A stretch of DNA of 64,000 nt from Candidatus Magasanikiibacteriota bacterium. GTDB lineage: Bacteria > Patescibacteriota > Patescibacteriia > Magasanikbacterales > UBA922. Under the pieces are notes generated by a model that did not search any database, had not been told where the DNA came from, and saw only the letters and a program-made list of their open reading frames with translations. The stretch spans positions 452,948-516,947 of the forward strand of contig JAKITS010000001.1 of assembly GCA_021648085.1 (NCBI GenBank), given 5' to 3'. A program made the position numbers and the translations under genes. Shown in pieces: positions 1-9,800 of the stretch. Within the stretch, counting starts at the first letter, position 1. Each line of letters starts with the position of its first letter.

Positions 1-175
1 AAACTATAGGAGTTATCAAAACCCTAAAAGCTGTTATTTTGTTTGGTGTCCAAGTTTTTGGCCACTTCTTCATAAAAACTCTATACAAAAATTTATCGTG
101 TGGATGCACCTCTTGTGCCTTTTGAAACCTAAATAAATCTTTGTGAGTTTTTACATAATGGTTGAAAATTCTCAT
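1..175 (-). CDS. CDP-alcohol phosphatidyltransferase family protein (PgsA-like), runs off the window start
   Basis: Manual translation from ATG at 175: MRIFNHYVKTHKDLFRFQKAQEVHPHDKFLYRVFMKKWPKTWTPNKITAFRVLITPIV. TPNxITxxR is the typical N-terminal motif of the family. Confidence 0.7.
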   Translation of the reverse strand, partial: MRIFNHYVKTHKDLFRFQKAQEVHPHDKFLYRVFMKKWPKTWTPNKITAFRVLITPIV

Positions 176-195
176 AACTCTGCTAAAATATAAAA

Positions 196-2286
196 ATGAA
201 GTATATCAATAATTTAAAGTATATCACTTTTTCACTACTAATTTCAACAGTTGTGTTGTTTTCACTTTGGAAAATAACAAATCCCTATTTAAGCACAGTT
301 ATTTTTTTAATATTTTTAATATTTTTTGGTTATAAATTTGGAAAATTTTTTGTGTTGAAATGCAAACTGTGGCAAACTTTTTTCGGTATAATTTCTGTTT
401 TATTATTACTAATCTCTATTCTCACCATTATTTATTGGTTCTACGAAATAAATATAAACACAGTTTCATTTTCAATTTTATCTATTACCTTAATTTCATT
501 TTTTTTAAATTCTAAAAAAAGTAAATGTCATTTACTAAAAAAATTATCCGAAGTTTCATTTCAAGAAAAGATTAGTTTATTTTCTAAAACACTATTCACA
601 TCATTTGTTATCTTATCTTTTGTACTTTTTTATACACTTCTTACAAAAAATTATGGTGACACACTAAGCTCTCCGTGGACTATTATTGGTCCAAAATTTT
701 TTATAGTTTTCACACTTACCTCTTTTTTACTACTTTTACTTTTGCAAACTGCAAAAAATAAAATTATAAAAATATTTTCAACTACAATTTATTTTGCACT
801 ATTTTTAAGTGTAGCTATAATTATTTTTAAATACGGTTTTGGTTTTGACCCGTTTATTCACCAAGCTGCAGAAAAATTTATCAAAGAAAATGGTGCAATT
901 TATCCAAAACAACCATACTATCTTGGGCAATACTCCTTAGTTTTACTTATTCATTTTCTCACAAATTTCTCTATAGAAATTATAGACAAAGCCTTAGTTC
1001 CAATTTCTTCTGCAATTTTAATTCCACTTTCTACTTATTTTACTTTCAAAAAATTAGAATTTAAAAAATTTACTATCATCTCTATTGCTCTAATTCCACT
1101 TTTTCCACTTTCATTTTTTATACAAACCACACCAAACAGCTTGAGCTTATTACTTTTTTATGTTGTAATTCTCTGGATTTGGAAAGAATTCAAAGAAACT
1201 AATTGGCGTTCAAATTTATTTGGAATTTTAACCAGTCTTACAATCTGCCTAATTCACCCACTTATTGGAATTCCAACTCTAATTATTTATATATTCTCAC
1301 TTTTGGATAAAAATAATAAAATATTTTCAAAAATGTACGGAGTACTTCTTGTGCTCGCTATTCCAACCACACTTATTGCAAGCAGTTTACTTTCTTCAGG
1401 AAAACCAAATATACATTTTAATCCAACCAACTTTTTAGAATTATTCAAACAACCATTTTGGTATATTTTTGAAAACGCACCTATTATTTGGCGACTCTTA
1501 TATTTTGCAAAATCTTTACTAATTCCAACTATTATTTTAATTGCTATTTATGGTTTTTTTATAACAACTCAAAAATACAAATTTACAAAAGCAAACTTTT
1601 TTGCAAAAACAATTGTATATTTATTTATTTCTGCTTTTATAACAAGTTCTGTTTTATTTTTTACAGATGTAATCTCGTACGAACAGGCAAATTATGCAAA
1701 AAGAATTTTAACAATGGTATCTCTAATTTTAATTCCTTTTATTGCAATTTCATTTCGTGAATTTTTTATTAAATTTTCCACAACTATTTTCAAAAAAGTA
1801 ATTATTTCTATTTTAGGATCTATTTTTCTACTTGGCTCATTTTATTTTACATATCCAACTCGCGACAAAGTTTCATTTTATACAGGTTTTACCGTTCGCG
1901 ATGCAGACATAGAAGTTGTAAATTTTATAGAAAACAGAAACAAAGACCAAGACTATATAGTAATCACAAATCAAATAATTTCTGCTGCAGCTATCCATGA
2001 GTTTGGATTTAAAAAATATTACAATACTGTAGAAGGAGAACAGTTTTTTTACTCAATACCTACCGGCGGACCAATGTACAAATTCTTTGGCAAAATGGTT
2101 TACGAGGATGCCAAAAAAGAATGGATGATAGAAGCTATGGATTTTATGGGAGTAGACAAGGCATACTTTGTACACACCAGCTACTGGGCTCCAGCTGGAG
2201 AAATTCGTGACAAAGCAAAACTAGAAGCCGACGCTTGGTGGGAGTTTGGACCAATGCAACTCTGGGTTTATGAGTACACAAGATAA
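196..2286 (+). CDS. Large polytopic membrane protein, possibly a GT-C fold glycosyltransferase
   Basis: 696 aa with many hydrophobic segments, a GFDPFIH loop motif and a soluble C-terminal domain; a GT4 gene lies nearby. Confidence 0.5.
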   Translation: MKYINNLKYITFSLLISTVVLFSLWKITNPYLSTVIFLIFLIFFGYKFGKFFVLKCKLWQTFFGIISVLLLLISILTIIYWFYEININTVSFSILSITLISFFLNSKKSKCHLLKKLSEVSFQEKISLFSKTLFTSFVILSFVLFYTLLTKNYGDTLSSPWTIIGPKFFIVFTLTSFLLLLLLQTAKNKIIKIFSTTIYFALFLSVAIIIFKYGFGFDPFIHQAAEKFIKENGAIYPKQPYYLGQYSLVLLIHFLTNFSIEIIDKALVPISSAILIPLSTYFTFKKLEFKKFTIISIALIPLFPLSFFIQTTPNSLSLLLFYVVILWIWKEFKETNWRSNLFGILTSLTICLIHPLIGIPTLIIYIFSLLDKNNKIFSKMYGVLLVLAIPTTLIASSLLSSGKPNIHFNPTNFLELFKQPFWYIFENAPIIWRLLYFAKSLLIPTIILIAIYGFFITTQKYKFTKANFFAKTIVYLFISAFITSSVLFFTDVISYEQANYAKRILTMVSLILIPFIAISFREFFIKFSTTIFKKVIISILGSIFLLGSFYFTYPTRDKVSFYTGFTVRDADIEVVNFIENRNKDQDYIVITNQIISAAAIHEFGFKKYYNTVEGEQFFYSIPTGGPMYKFFGKMVYEDAKKEWMIEAMDFMGVDKAYFVHTSYWAPAGEIRDKAKLEADAWWEFGPMQLWVYEYTR

Positions 2287-2295
2287 TAACAATTA

Positions 2296-2325
2296 AAAAA
2301 GTCTTGCATAAAATACAAGACTTTG
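2296..2325. terminator. Intrinsic terminator hairpin between convergent genes
   Basis: AAAAAGTCTTGCA-TAAAA-TACAAGACTTT. Confidence 0.6.
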
Positions 2326-2583
2326 TTATTCACAACAATATTCAGCAAAAATATCAACATACTTATCTATTATTTCCCCACGGTATACAGATTTTCTAAC
2401 CTTACTGCTAAAGTTAGAATAATGCTCCATTATATCAGTTAGACTATCATTGAAACCATACTCATCTAGACCGCTCAACCTCAAAGCTTCGTTCAATAGC
2501 TCTAGTTCAATTTCTAAAAGTCTATCGAAGTTTTGCGTGATTGCCGCATCATGCAACAATTCACTAAGTTCTTCTTTTTTCAT
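2326..2583 (-). CDS. Hypothetical acidic protein (orphan unit, gene 3)
   Basis: ORF track 2326..2592; ATG at 2583 is preceded by a GGTGA SD-like sequence. Confidence 0.55.
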   Translation of the reverse strand: MKKEELSELLHDAAITQNFDRLLEIELELLNEALRLSGLDEYGFNDSLTDIMEHYSNFSSKVRKSVYRGEIIDKYVDIFAEYCCE

Positions 2584-2584
2584 C

Positions 2585-2908
2585 TCAATCACCGTGCAGT
2601 GGGCGGATCATATAATTCCAATTTTCCAAAAATCTATTCTCTATTTCCTCTCTTTCAGACATTTTTGCAGTTTTATACCTTCTCACCAATCCCCAAAATT
2701 TTACCTTAAAATTTGACCTTCTTATTGCTCTCTCATTTTCTGGAATTCTGTTTGCCAAAAAGTCTACAAAAATACCCTCCAACATTTTATCAAATTTTTC
2801 AACAGCTTCTATATGATTTTTTCTTGATGTTCTTACAATATCTCTAAATTTATTTATTCTTTCCTTATTTACAGAATCAGAGCCTGGATACCTAAAAGAA
2901 TTTTGCAT
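2585..2908 (-). CDS. Hypothetical protein (orphan unit, gene 2)
   Basis: 107-aa ORF preceded by AGGAGGTG. Confidence 0.65.
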   Translation of the reverse strand: MQNSFRYPGSDSVNKERINKFRDIVRTSRKNHIEAVEKFDKMLEGIFVDFLANRIPENERAIRRSNFKVKFWGLVRRYKTAKMSEREEIENRFLENWNYMIRPLHGD

Positions 2909-2919
2909 TACACCACCTC

Positions 2920-2991
2920 CTATTTTATTTTGTGATTTACTGATGTTTTTTTACTTCTTTTTGCTCTACGAACAGAATGATTGTGTGCCAT
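2920..2991 (-). CDS. 23-aa basic peptide MAHNHSVRRAKRSKKTSVNHKIK (orphan unit, gene 1)
   Basis: GGAGG lies 6 nt before the ATG; the stop TAG overlaps the next SD (TAGGAGGTG); upstream promoter TTGAAA-16-TAAGAT. Confidence 0.5.
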   Translation of the reverse strand: MAHNHSVRRAKRSKKTSVNHKIK

Positions 2992-3046
2992 TTTTTACCT
3001 CCAAATGTAAAGAACCTCTTAAATCTTACCAGATTATACTATTTTT

Positions 3047-4111
3047 TCAAATATTTAAAATTAAATTAGCCAAAGATCTAGCGTCCCCAGGCTTGTACAT
3101 TTTTCCAGTTTTTCTATTCAAAAGCTCGCCAACTCCACCAGTATTTGATGCTATCACACTTAAATTATTTTCCAAAGCTTCCAATATTACATTTGGTTTA
3201 TTTTCCAAACAAACAGAGCAAAAAACAAGTGTATCGCATTTTTTATACATTTTATTCAAATCTTCTTTTCCAAGCTTTCCATATACAAAAACTCTCTTAT
3301 CCTCTTTTTTCAATTTAAAATTATCTTTTACCATTGGTCCATCTCCCACAATATGAAGTTCAACTTTTTTTTCTTTTGAAATCATACGCCAAGCATCCAA
3401 TAAAACTTGAACTCCTTTATTTTTATTCAAAGTACCTACAAATAAAAATTTATTATTTTTAACTTTCTTTTTTAAATTACTAGTTTTTCTAAACTCATTA
3501 TTAGTTTTTCTCCACAAACTCTCTTCAAAAAAACCCCTACTTTTATAAAAATTCTTTATAAATTCAGACGGGTAAAATACAAAATTAGGACTTCCAATTT
3601 TCTTCTTCACAAAAAAACTATAAATTTTTTGATGGATTAAATCTTTTTTATGATTCCATTTCAAAATCCCGCTTGGTTCTACTAATTGAACATCGTGCAA
3701 TGTATGAATATGCTCTATTTTCAAACTATCAATTAACTTTGGAATAAAAAATCCAAGCCCAGTCAAATTGTGAGTATGCACAGTATCTGGATTGGTTTCT
3801 ATAAAAATTCTTTCAATTTCTTTTTTACCCCAAAAACTAAACTTATCAAGAAAATGCCAAACAAATTTATGTAAAAAGTTTTTTGATGATAATTCTTTAT
3901 AACCAAAAATATTAAACTTTGGAATTCTATAAACACTAATTCCATCTTCCTCTATTTTTGTTGTTTTATTATTATCATCACAATTCAAAGTTATAATAAA
4001 AACTTTTCTACCTTTATTTTTATGCTTTTTTGCAATCTTAAAAACAACTGTTTCAGCTCCTCCAACCGAATTTGGTGGATATAAATTGTTTACCAAACAA
4101 ATCTTTTTCAT
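3047..4111 (-). CDS. Glycosyltransferase family 4 (GT-B)
   Basis: YPPxxVGGAE N-terminus; FVGTLxxxKG; ENxPxVILEA...ASNTGG. Confidence 0.9.
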   Translation of the reverse strand: MKKICLVNNLYPPNSVGGAETVVFKIAKKHKNKGRKVFIITLNCDDNNKTTKIEEDGISVYRIPKFNIFGYKELSSKNFLHKFVWHFLDKFSFWGKKEIERIFIETNPDTVHTHNLTGLGFFIPKLIDSLKIEHIHTLHDVQLVEPSGILKWNHKKDLIHQKIYSFFVKKKIGSPNFVFYPSEFIKNFYKSRGFFEESLWRKTNNEFRKTSNLKKKVKNNKFLFVGTLNKNKGVQVLLDAWRMISKEKKVELHIVGDGPMVKDNFKLKKEDKRVFVYGKLGKEDLNKMYKKCDTLVFCSVCLENKPNVILEALENNLSVIASNTGGVGELLNRKTGKMYKPGDARSLANLILNI

Positions 4112-4204
4112 ATCTTATATTCTGTCAACACCTATTTATTAACACATTTTACACAGTTTATCAACTTGTGGCAAAACAAAAAGTAGGATACCATACGAAT
4201 TGTT

Positions 4205-5641
4205 ATGATAAAACAAACAGAATTAGGAAGAATTCCACCGCAAAACCTTGATGCCGAAAAATCTTTAATCGGTTCTATTTTGGTTGATCCAAATGCAATG
4301 CTAAAAATTGCAGACATGATTGAGGCAGATGATTTTTACAAAAGAGCTCATGCAAAAATATTTGAATCGATCTCCGAACTATACTCAAAAAATGAGCCCG
4401 TAGACCTACTTGTATTGAGCAATAAGCTCGAAGAGAAGGGAATACTAGAAAACATAGGCGGAAAATCTTATTTAGCTCAACTGTCCAATTCTGTACCCAC
4501 ATCATCACACGCAAAACATTATGCAGAAATAATAAAAAGAAAAGCAACACTTAGGAAACTAAGTGAGGTTAGCGAAAAAATTAGCGACCTAGTTTTTGGA
4601 GAAGAGACTGATGATGTGGAAGCAGTATTAGACAATGCCCAGCAATTGATGTACGGCGTCACAGAAAAACATTTAAAACAAAATTTCTCGCCAATTAGAT
4701 CCATTCTTAGTGACACATTTGAAAGAATAGATGAGCTGCACAGAGATAAAGGTAAAATGCGTGGAGTCCCAACTGGTTTTACAGATTTAGACAAACTATT
4801 GGCAGGACTACAAAAATCTGACCTAATTATTTTGGCAGCCCGCCCTTCTGTCGGAAAGACTTCTTTTGCTTTAGATATTGCCAGAAACGCAGCTGTGCAA
4901 GCCAAAGTTGGAGTTGGTCTTTTTTCATTGGAGATGAGCAAAGAACAACTTGTAGACCGTATGCTATGTGCACAAGCAAATATAAACTTGTGGAAAATGA
5001 GAAATGGAAGTTTGTCCGACAGTCCAGACAGTGATGACTTCAAAAAAATTGGCTCAGCGATGGGAGTTTTGTCCGAAGCTCCAATTTTTATAGACGACAG
5101 TGCTGGCGCAAATATAACTCAAATAAGAACCAAAGCTAGAAGATTAAAAACAGAACACGATATAGGACTTATTGTAATAGACTATTTGCAGTTGATGAGT
5201 AGTGCAGGCAGAAGATCTGACAATCGTGTTCAAGAAGTCGCTGATATGAGTCGTGGATTGAAACTTCTCGCTCGTGAATTAAATATTCCACTTCTTGTGC
5301 TTTCTCAGCTTTCCCGTGCAGCAGAACAAACTAAACCAGCAATACCAAAACTTTCTCATTTGCGTGATTCAGGAAGTATTGAGCAGGATGCTGATGTTGT
5401 TATTTTTTTATATAGAAAAGCAACCGACAGAAACTATAGACCAGAAGACATAACACCGCAAGAAAGATCTATCGCAGAAGTACACATCGCCAAACACAGA
5501 AATGGACCAGTTGGAATGATAAAAACATTTTTTGATGAAACTCAAGCCAGTTTCAAAAACTTAGACACAAGGTTTCAAACCACAGAACCACCCCAACAAC
5601 ATCAAGGAAGTGCACCCGTTCCAGAGGCTCCGCCGTTTTAA
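4205..5641 (+). CDS. dnaB: Replicative DNA helicase
   Basis: PPQNLDAE, LAARPSVGKT, DYLQL, LSQLSR, LRDSGSIEQDAD, KHRNGP. Confidence 0.98.
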   Translation: MIKQTELGRIPPQNLDAEKSLIGSILVDPNAMLKIADMIEADDFYKRAHAKIFESISELYSKNEPVDLLVLSNKLEEKGILENIGGKSYLAQLSNSVPTSSHAKHYAEIIKRKATLRKLSEVSEKISDLVFGEETDDVEAVLDNAQQLMYGVTEKHLKQNFSPIRSILSDTFERIDELHRDKGKMRGVPTGFTDLDKLLAGLQKSDLIILAARPSVGKTSFALDIARNAAVQAKVGVGLFSLEMSKEQLVDRMLCAQANINLWKMRNGSLSDSPDSDDFKKIGSAMGVLSEAPIFIDDSAGANITQIRTKARRLKTEHDIGLIVIDYLQLMSSAGRRSDNRVQEVADMSRGLKLLARELNIPLLVLSQLSRAAEQTKPAIPKLSHLRDSGSIEQDADVVIFLYRKATDRNYRPEDITPQERSIAEVHIAKHRNGPVGMIKTFFDETQASFKNLDTRFQTTEPPQQHQGSAPVPEAPPF

Positions 5642-5665
5642 AATAACTAATTATAAAAATAAATT

Positions 5666-5737
5666 ATCCCCTGGGCAAAAGCCCCAGGGTATTTTTTGTT
5701 TTAATTGTTTCCACACCGAGGCAAGCCTCGGTGTATT
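5666..5737. repeat. Pair of similar GC-rich hairpins in direct orientation (IS200/IS605-end or PATE-like)
   Basis: CCCTGGG-CAAAAGC-CCCAGGG-TATT and ACACCGAGG-CAAG-CCTCGGTGT-ATT, ~20 bp apart. Confidence 0.5.
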
Positions 5738-5856
5738 ACTATGAATTAAACAAGAGATGCACTTCTCTTATTTTTTTTTAATTCCATAAAAAACTAGACA
5801 AAAAGCAGGTTTTTAGCTAAGATAGAGACTATATAACATTTTTAATTATAAATATT

Positions 5857-6159
5857 ATGTTTAACAAACTGAAACAATTCAAAGATTTGAGAGACAAGGC
5901 AAAAGAACTACAAAAAGAATTGGAAAAAGAAACAATTACAGTAAATTCTGCTAGTGGAAAAGTAACACTTGTGATGGACGGAACTATGGCAATGAAAGAT
6001 TTGCAAATAGATGCAGAAATGCTTTCACCAGACAAAAAAGAAAAACTTCAAAACGCTATAAAAGATGCACACAAAGATGCAATGAAAAAAATGCAGCGCA
6101 TAATGGCAATGAAAATGAAAGATATGGGGGGATTACCGAATATTCCAGGTCTGAATTAG
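5857..6159 (+). CDS. ybaB: YbaB/EbfC nucleoid-associated protein
   Basis: 100 aa with the typical pattern (SASGKVTLVMDG); directly upstream of recR. Confidence 0.9.
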   Translation: MFNKLKQFKDLRDKAKELQKELEKETITVNSASGKVTLVMDGTMAMKDLQIDAEMLSPDKKEKLQNAIKDAHKDAMKKMQRIMAMKMKDMGGLPNIPGLN

Positions 6160-6215
6160 AGCTCTAATTACAGAAAAACGGATCTTTGTATGAACAAGGA
6201 TTACGAACGAAAATA

Positions 6216-6812
6216 ATGTATCCTCAACCAATTCACAGACTCAAAAATGCACTAAAAAAATTACCAGGCGTAGGCCATAGAACTGCTGAACGCTATATTT
6301 TTTATTTGTTAAAATCTGGAAAAGGTGAGGTTGCAGAGCTTATAAATGCACTGAACAATGTCATACAAAATGTAAAAAGTTGTCAAATTTGTTGGGATTT
6401 TGGAAATACTGACCCCTGCTCAATCTGTATGAATCCCAAAAAAGATAGGACAAAAATTTGTGTCGTTGCAGAATCGCAACACACAAAAACAATACTAAAC
6501 ACAACTAAATACAATGGGCTTTTTCATGTATTACGAGGAACTCTTAGTTCTGAAGTGGACAATTTAGAGCAGTTAAAAATTGAAAGTCTACTAAAAAGAA
6601 TAATAATGAACCCGCAAGTAAATGAAATAATTCTTGCATTAAACCCAGATTTAGAAGGTGAGACTACAATTTTGTATTTATCCAAAAAAATACACGAAAT
6701 AAGAGAAATTAAAATAACTCGTTTGGCTCGTGGACTTCCAATGGGAAGTGATATGCTTTATGCGGACGACATTACACTATCAAATGCATTAGACAACAGA
6801 ACAGTAAGTTAA
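6216..6812 (+). CDS. recR: Recombination mediator RecR
   Basis: LPGVGxRTAER, C4 zinc finger, LARGLPMG..YAD; likely start at ATG 6216. Confidence 0.96.
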   Translation: MYPQPIHRLKNALKKLPGVGHRTAERYIFYLLKSGKGEVAELINALNNVIQNVKSCQICWDFGNTDPCSICMNPKKDRTKICVVAESQHTKTILNTTKYNGLFHVLRGTLSSEVDNLEQLKIESLLKRIIMNPQVNEIILALNPDLEGETTILYLSKKIHEIREIKITRLARGLPMGSDMLYADDITLSNALDNRTVS

Positions 6813-6833
6813 AAAAATCAAACCTGTCAACAC

Positions 6834-6860
6834 AAAAACCCGCATTTCGCGGGTTTTTTT
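6834..6860. terminator. Bidirectional intrinsic terminator at the left edge of the duplicated unit
   Basis: AAAAACCCGC-ATTTC-GCGGGTTTTTTT. Confidence 0.8.
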
Positions 6861-6866
6861 ATGTTT

Positions 6867-9800
6867 TTATTTTAACTCTTTTCCTATTTCGTATTCTTCA
6901 TCATTTTTTATCGTCACTATTCTATCCCACCTAAAATTCAATCTACTAAAGGCTTCCTCGTTTTTAATATGTCTTTTTACTTGTTTTGTCTGGTCTGTTA
7001 GGTCTGGCTCTAGCCTAAATACTTCTGGGTTATTTTCATATTTAACAAGTGTGTAGTTTGGATGGCGATTTGTATAATCTATTATCTCACCAATTGTGTA
7101 TTTATTGAGAAGTCTTGGGTCAATATCTTCTATCCAATTCCAACTATAGTTTAGCTTATTAAATACTTCTTCAGAGTCTATCCAATATTTTTGATTACCA
7201 AGAAGTAGGTACACCATTGGATCTGTTGTTATTTTTACGAGAGCACCATATTTTGGATCATATTTTGGACCCCAAGGCATAAAACCTAAAGTGTCATCTT
7301 CTACTGTTTCTAGTCTTTTCTCTTCTACTATCTCCACATTATTCCAAGAGTCAAAGTATGTGTAGAAAACATCTGCCCTACTAAAAGCTCTTTTTTTACA
7401 GTCTGGTGTAACAAGATATACGGCAGAAGAGTTTGGTGTTTTATATACTCCACCTTCTTTTAGACTGCAGTCTGAACCTTGTTTTTCTGTTTGAGTATCA
7501 GTCTCAGTTTCTGTATTTAACTCATTTAACAGAATTGTGTCAAAATATGTTGATGCTGTTCCACCGCTTGAAAGAAATTTAGAATAAACAGTTTTTTCTC
7601 CATTTCCAGAAGGCAGTTTCCAGTTTAATTTTGAGGTAAATGGTGTAAATACTGAACCAGCAAAATCTTTTGAATTTGAAACTGCCATTCTATCTGCATC
7701 TAATATGTTAAAAGTTATAGTTACATCTCTTGACTCTGTTGTATAAGCTCCATAATTTATTACAACTGGATTAGAAATTTCTGATTCATCTGTTAAATTT
7801 ATTAGATTAATTTTCACAGAATCATAATTTAAAAACTCTGCATACTCTATTTCCAAATCTAAAACTCCATCTTTGTTTGTGTCTACTTTTTGACTCACAC
7901 CCTTTATTAGGTTCAATATAATTGGGTCTGACTCAATTGTTACCGTAATACTCTCTTTTGCTATTCTAGAGACAAACACACTATGAAAAGAAGCTCCAAC
8001 TTCTGCAGATTTTTCTTCTTGCAGGAAAAACTCTGTAAATAATAATCCTGACGATACACTTTCCGTAGCTGGAGTTTTGGATGGAGTTGGTGGTGGTGCA
8101 AAGAATCCACCGCCGGTAGACGCAACATCGTCATCTGTAATAGTTGCGGTTACACTTGCGATAGTTAAGCTGTCAAAGTTAGAGTCTGAGCTTGCAGATG
8201 TGTTTGAGATTATAGTTGTAGTCTCGCCATCAACCTCGCTATCATCTGTAGCTGTGACTGTCACAGTTTGTTCTGTATCCCAATTTGCATTTGTAAAGGT
8301 GAGGTCAGAGGAAGAAAGACTAACTTCTGAGTTTGATAGTGCGGCTGACACAGTTACATCGTCCGTAGGTTGTGCGTCTAAAACCGCAGTGTATGTGTCA
8401 GTTGTTGACCCTTCTGTCACAGAAACAGACGAAAGAGAGATTGTAACTCCTGCTGTATCATTGTTTGTAATTGTATATGTGTAAGTTGTAGTAGAACCTA
8501 GCGAACCTCCAACAGGGTTTGATATTGTTATTATTAGAGTTTCATCATTTTCAACCAAGTCATCATCTACTACAACCAAACTCAAAGAAGTTGTTGTGTT
8601 TCCATTTGTAATTGAAGCCGTTCCGCTAGAAAGTGTGTAATCTGTTCCACTTCCTGTTGCTGTTCCTCCTGTTATTGCATAATCTACTGAGACATCACTT
8701 ACTACACTTTGATCTGAAGAAATTAAGACAGAGACTGCTGTTGTTCCCTCATCTCCAGAAGCTGTGGTTGCAGAAAAATTAATCTCATAATCAAACTGCC
8801 AACGAGTATTATTTCCAGAATCACTACAACCGGTTGTACATACTATTTGTGTACTACTTAAGTTATTATTATCTTTTACATCTAGATATTGTGCGCTCGT
8901 TGTACTTTTTGGATCAAACTTTGTCTGTGTTCCAGAGCTACTACTTCTTAGGCTCAAAAGATTTCCAGATGTTCCTGCCAAAGTTAGAGTTCCATTTACT
9001 GTTGTGGTCGTACTAGCTGGAAGTGTAAAAGTGTTTGCAGATGAGTCTGTTTTAGTTAGGTTATAAAAAGTATTTGCACCAGAAATTGTCTGGCTTGCGC
9101 CAACAAAGTCTACCGTACTTGAGTTTGGTGTAAGTGTACCTCCTGTGTTTAGGAAGTCTCCTGTTATATTTAATGTTCCAGTTGCTGAATATATTCCAGA
9201 TGCCAAAGTTATATCATTATTTATATTTGTTGTTGCAACACTCGGAGCCAAACTATCTCCAGAATCTGTAAAATTTATAGAAATATCATAAAAATCCACA
9301 ATAGAAGTAGAATAAGCATCTGAACTTGCATCACCATTTCCAACATATTCTACTGTTCCTGAATCTGTGTCATTTGTAAGTGTTACAGTCTCACCTCCTT
9401 GAATACGAAGTGTTCCATCGTTGCTAAATGTACTTGAAACAGTTAAATTATTTCCATTTAATGCGACTGTTCCAGAGCTAATTGTCATTGTGCTTGTAGC
9501 TACCGTACTCGTATTGAATGTATATGTTCCACCTCCTGTGAAAGAAACATCATAAAAAGTTGAAAAACTTGGAAGAGTGTATGAACTAGCTCCATAAAAT
9601 ATAGCTGAACTTCCAGAGCTAAAACTAGGATAAGTTGCGTTTGTTGTAACAGTCTCACCACCTTGCATTTTTAAAATTCCACCATCTTGTACCACTACTG
9701 TTCCAGAAGATCCATTTACTATTAAAGTATTTCCGTTTAGGTCTAAGGTTCCTTCTATTATGTTTAAATCTGTATTCGCATAATCCATTGTTAAACCAGA

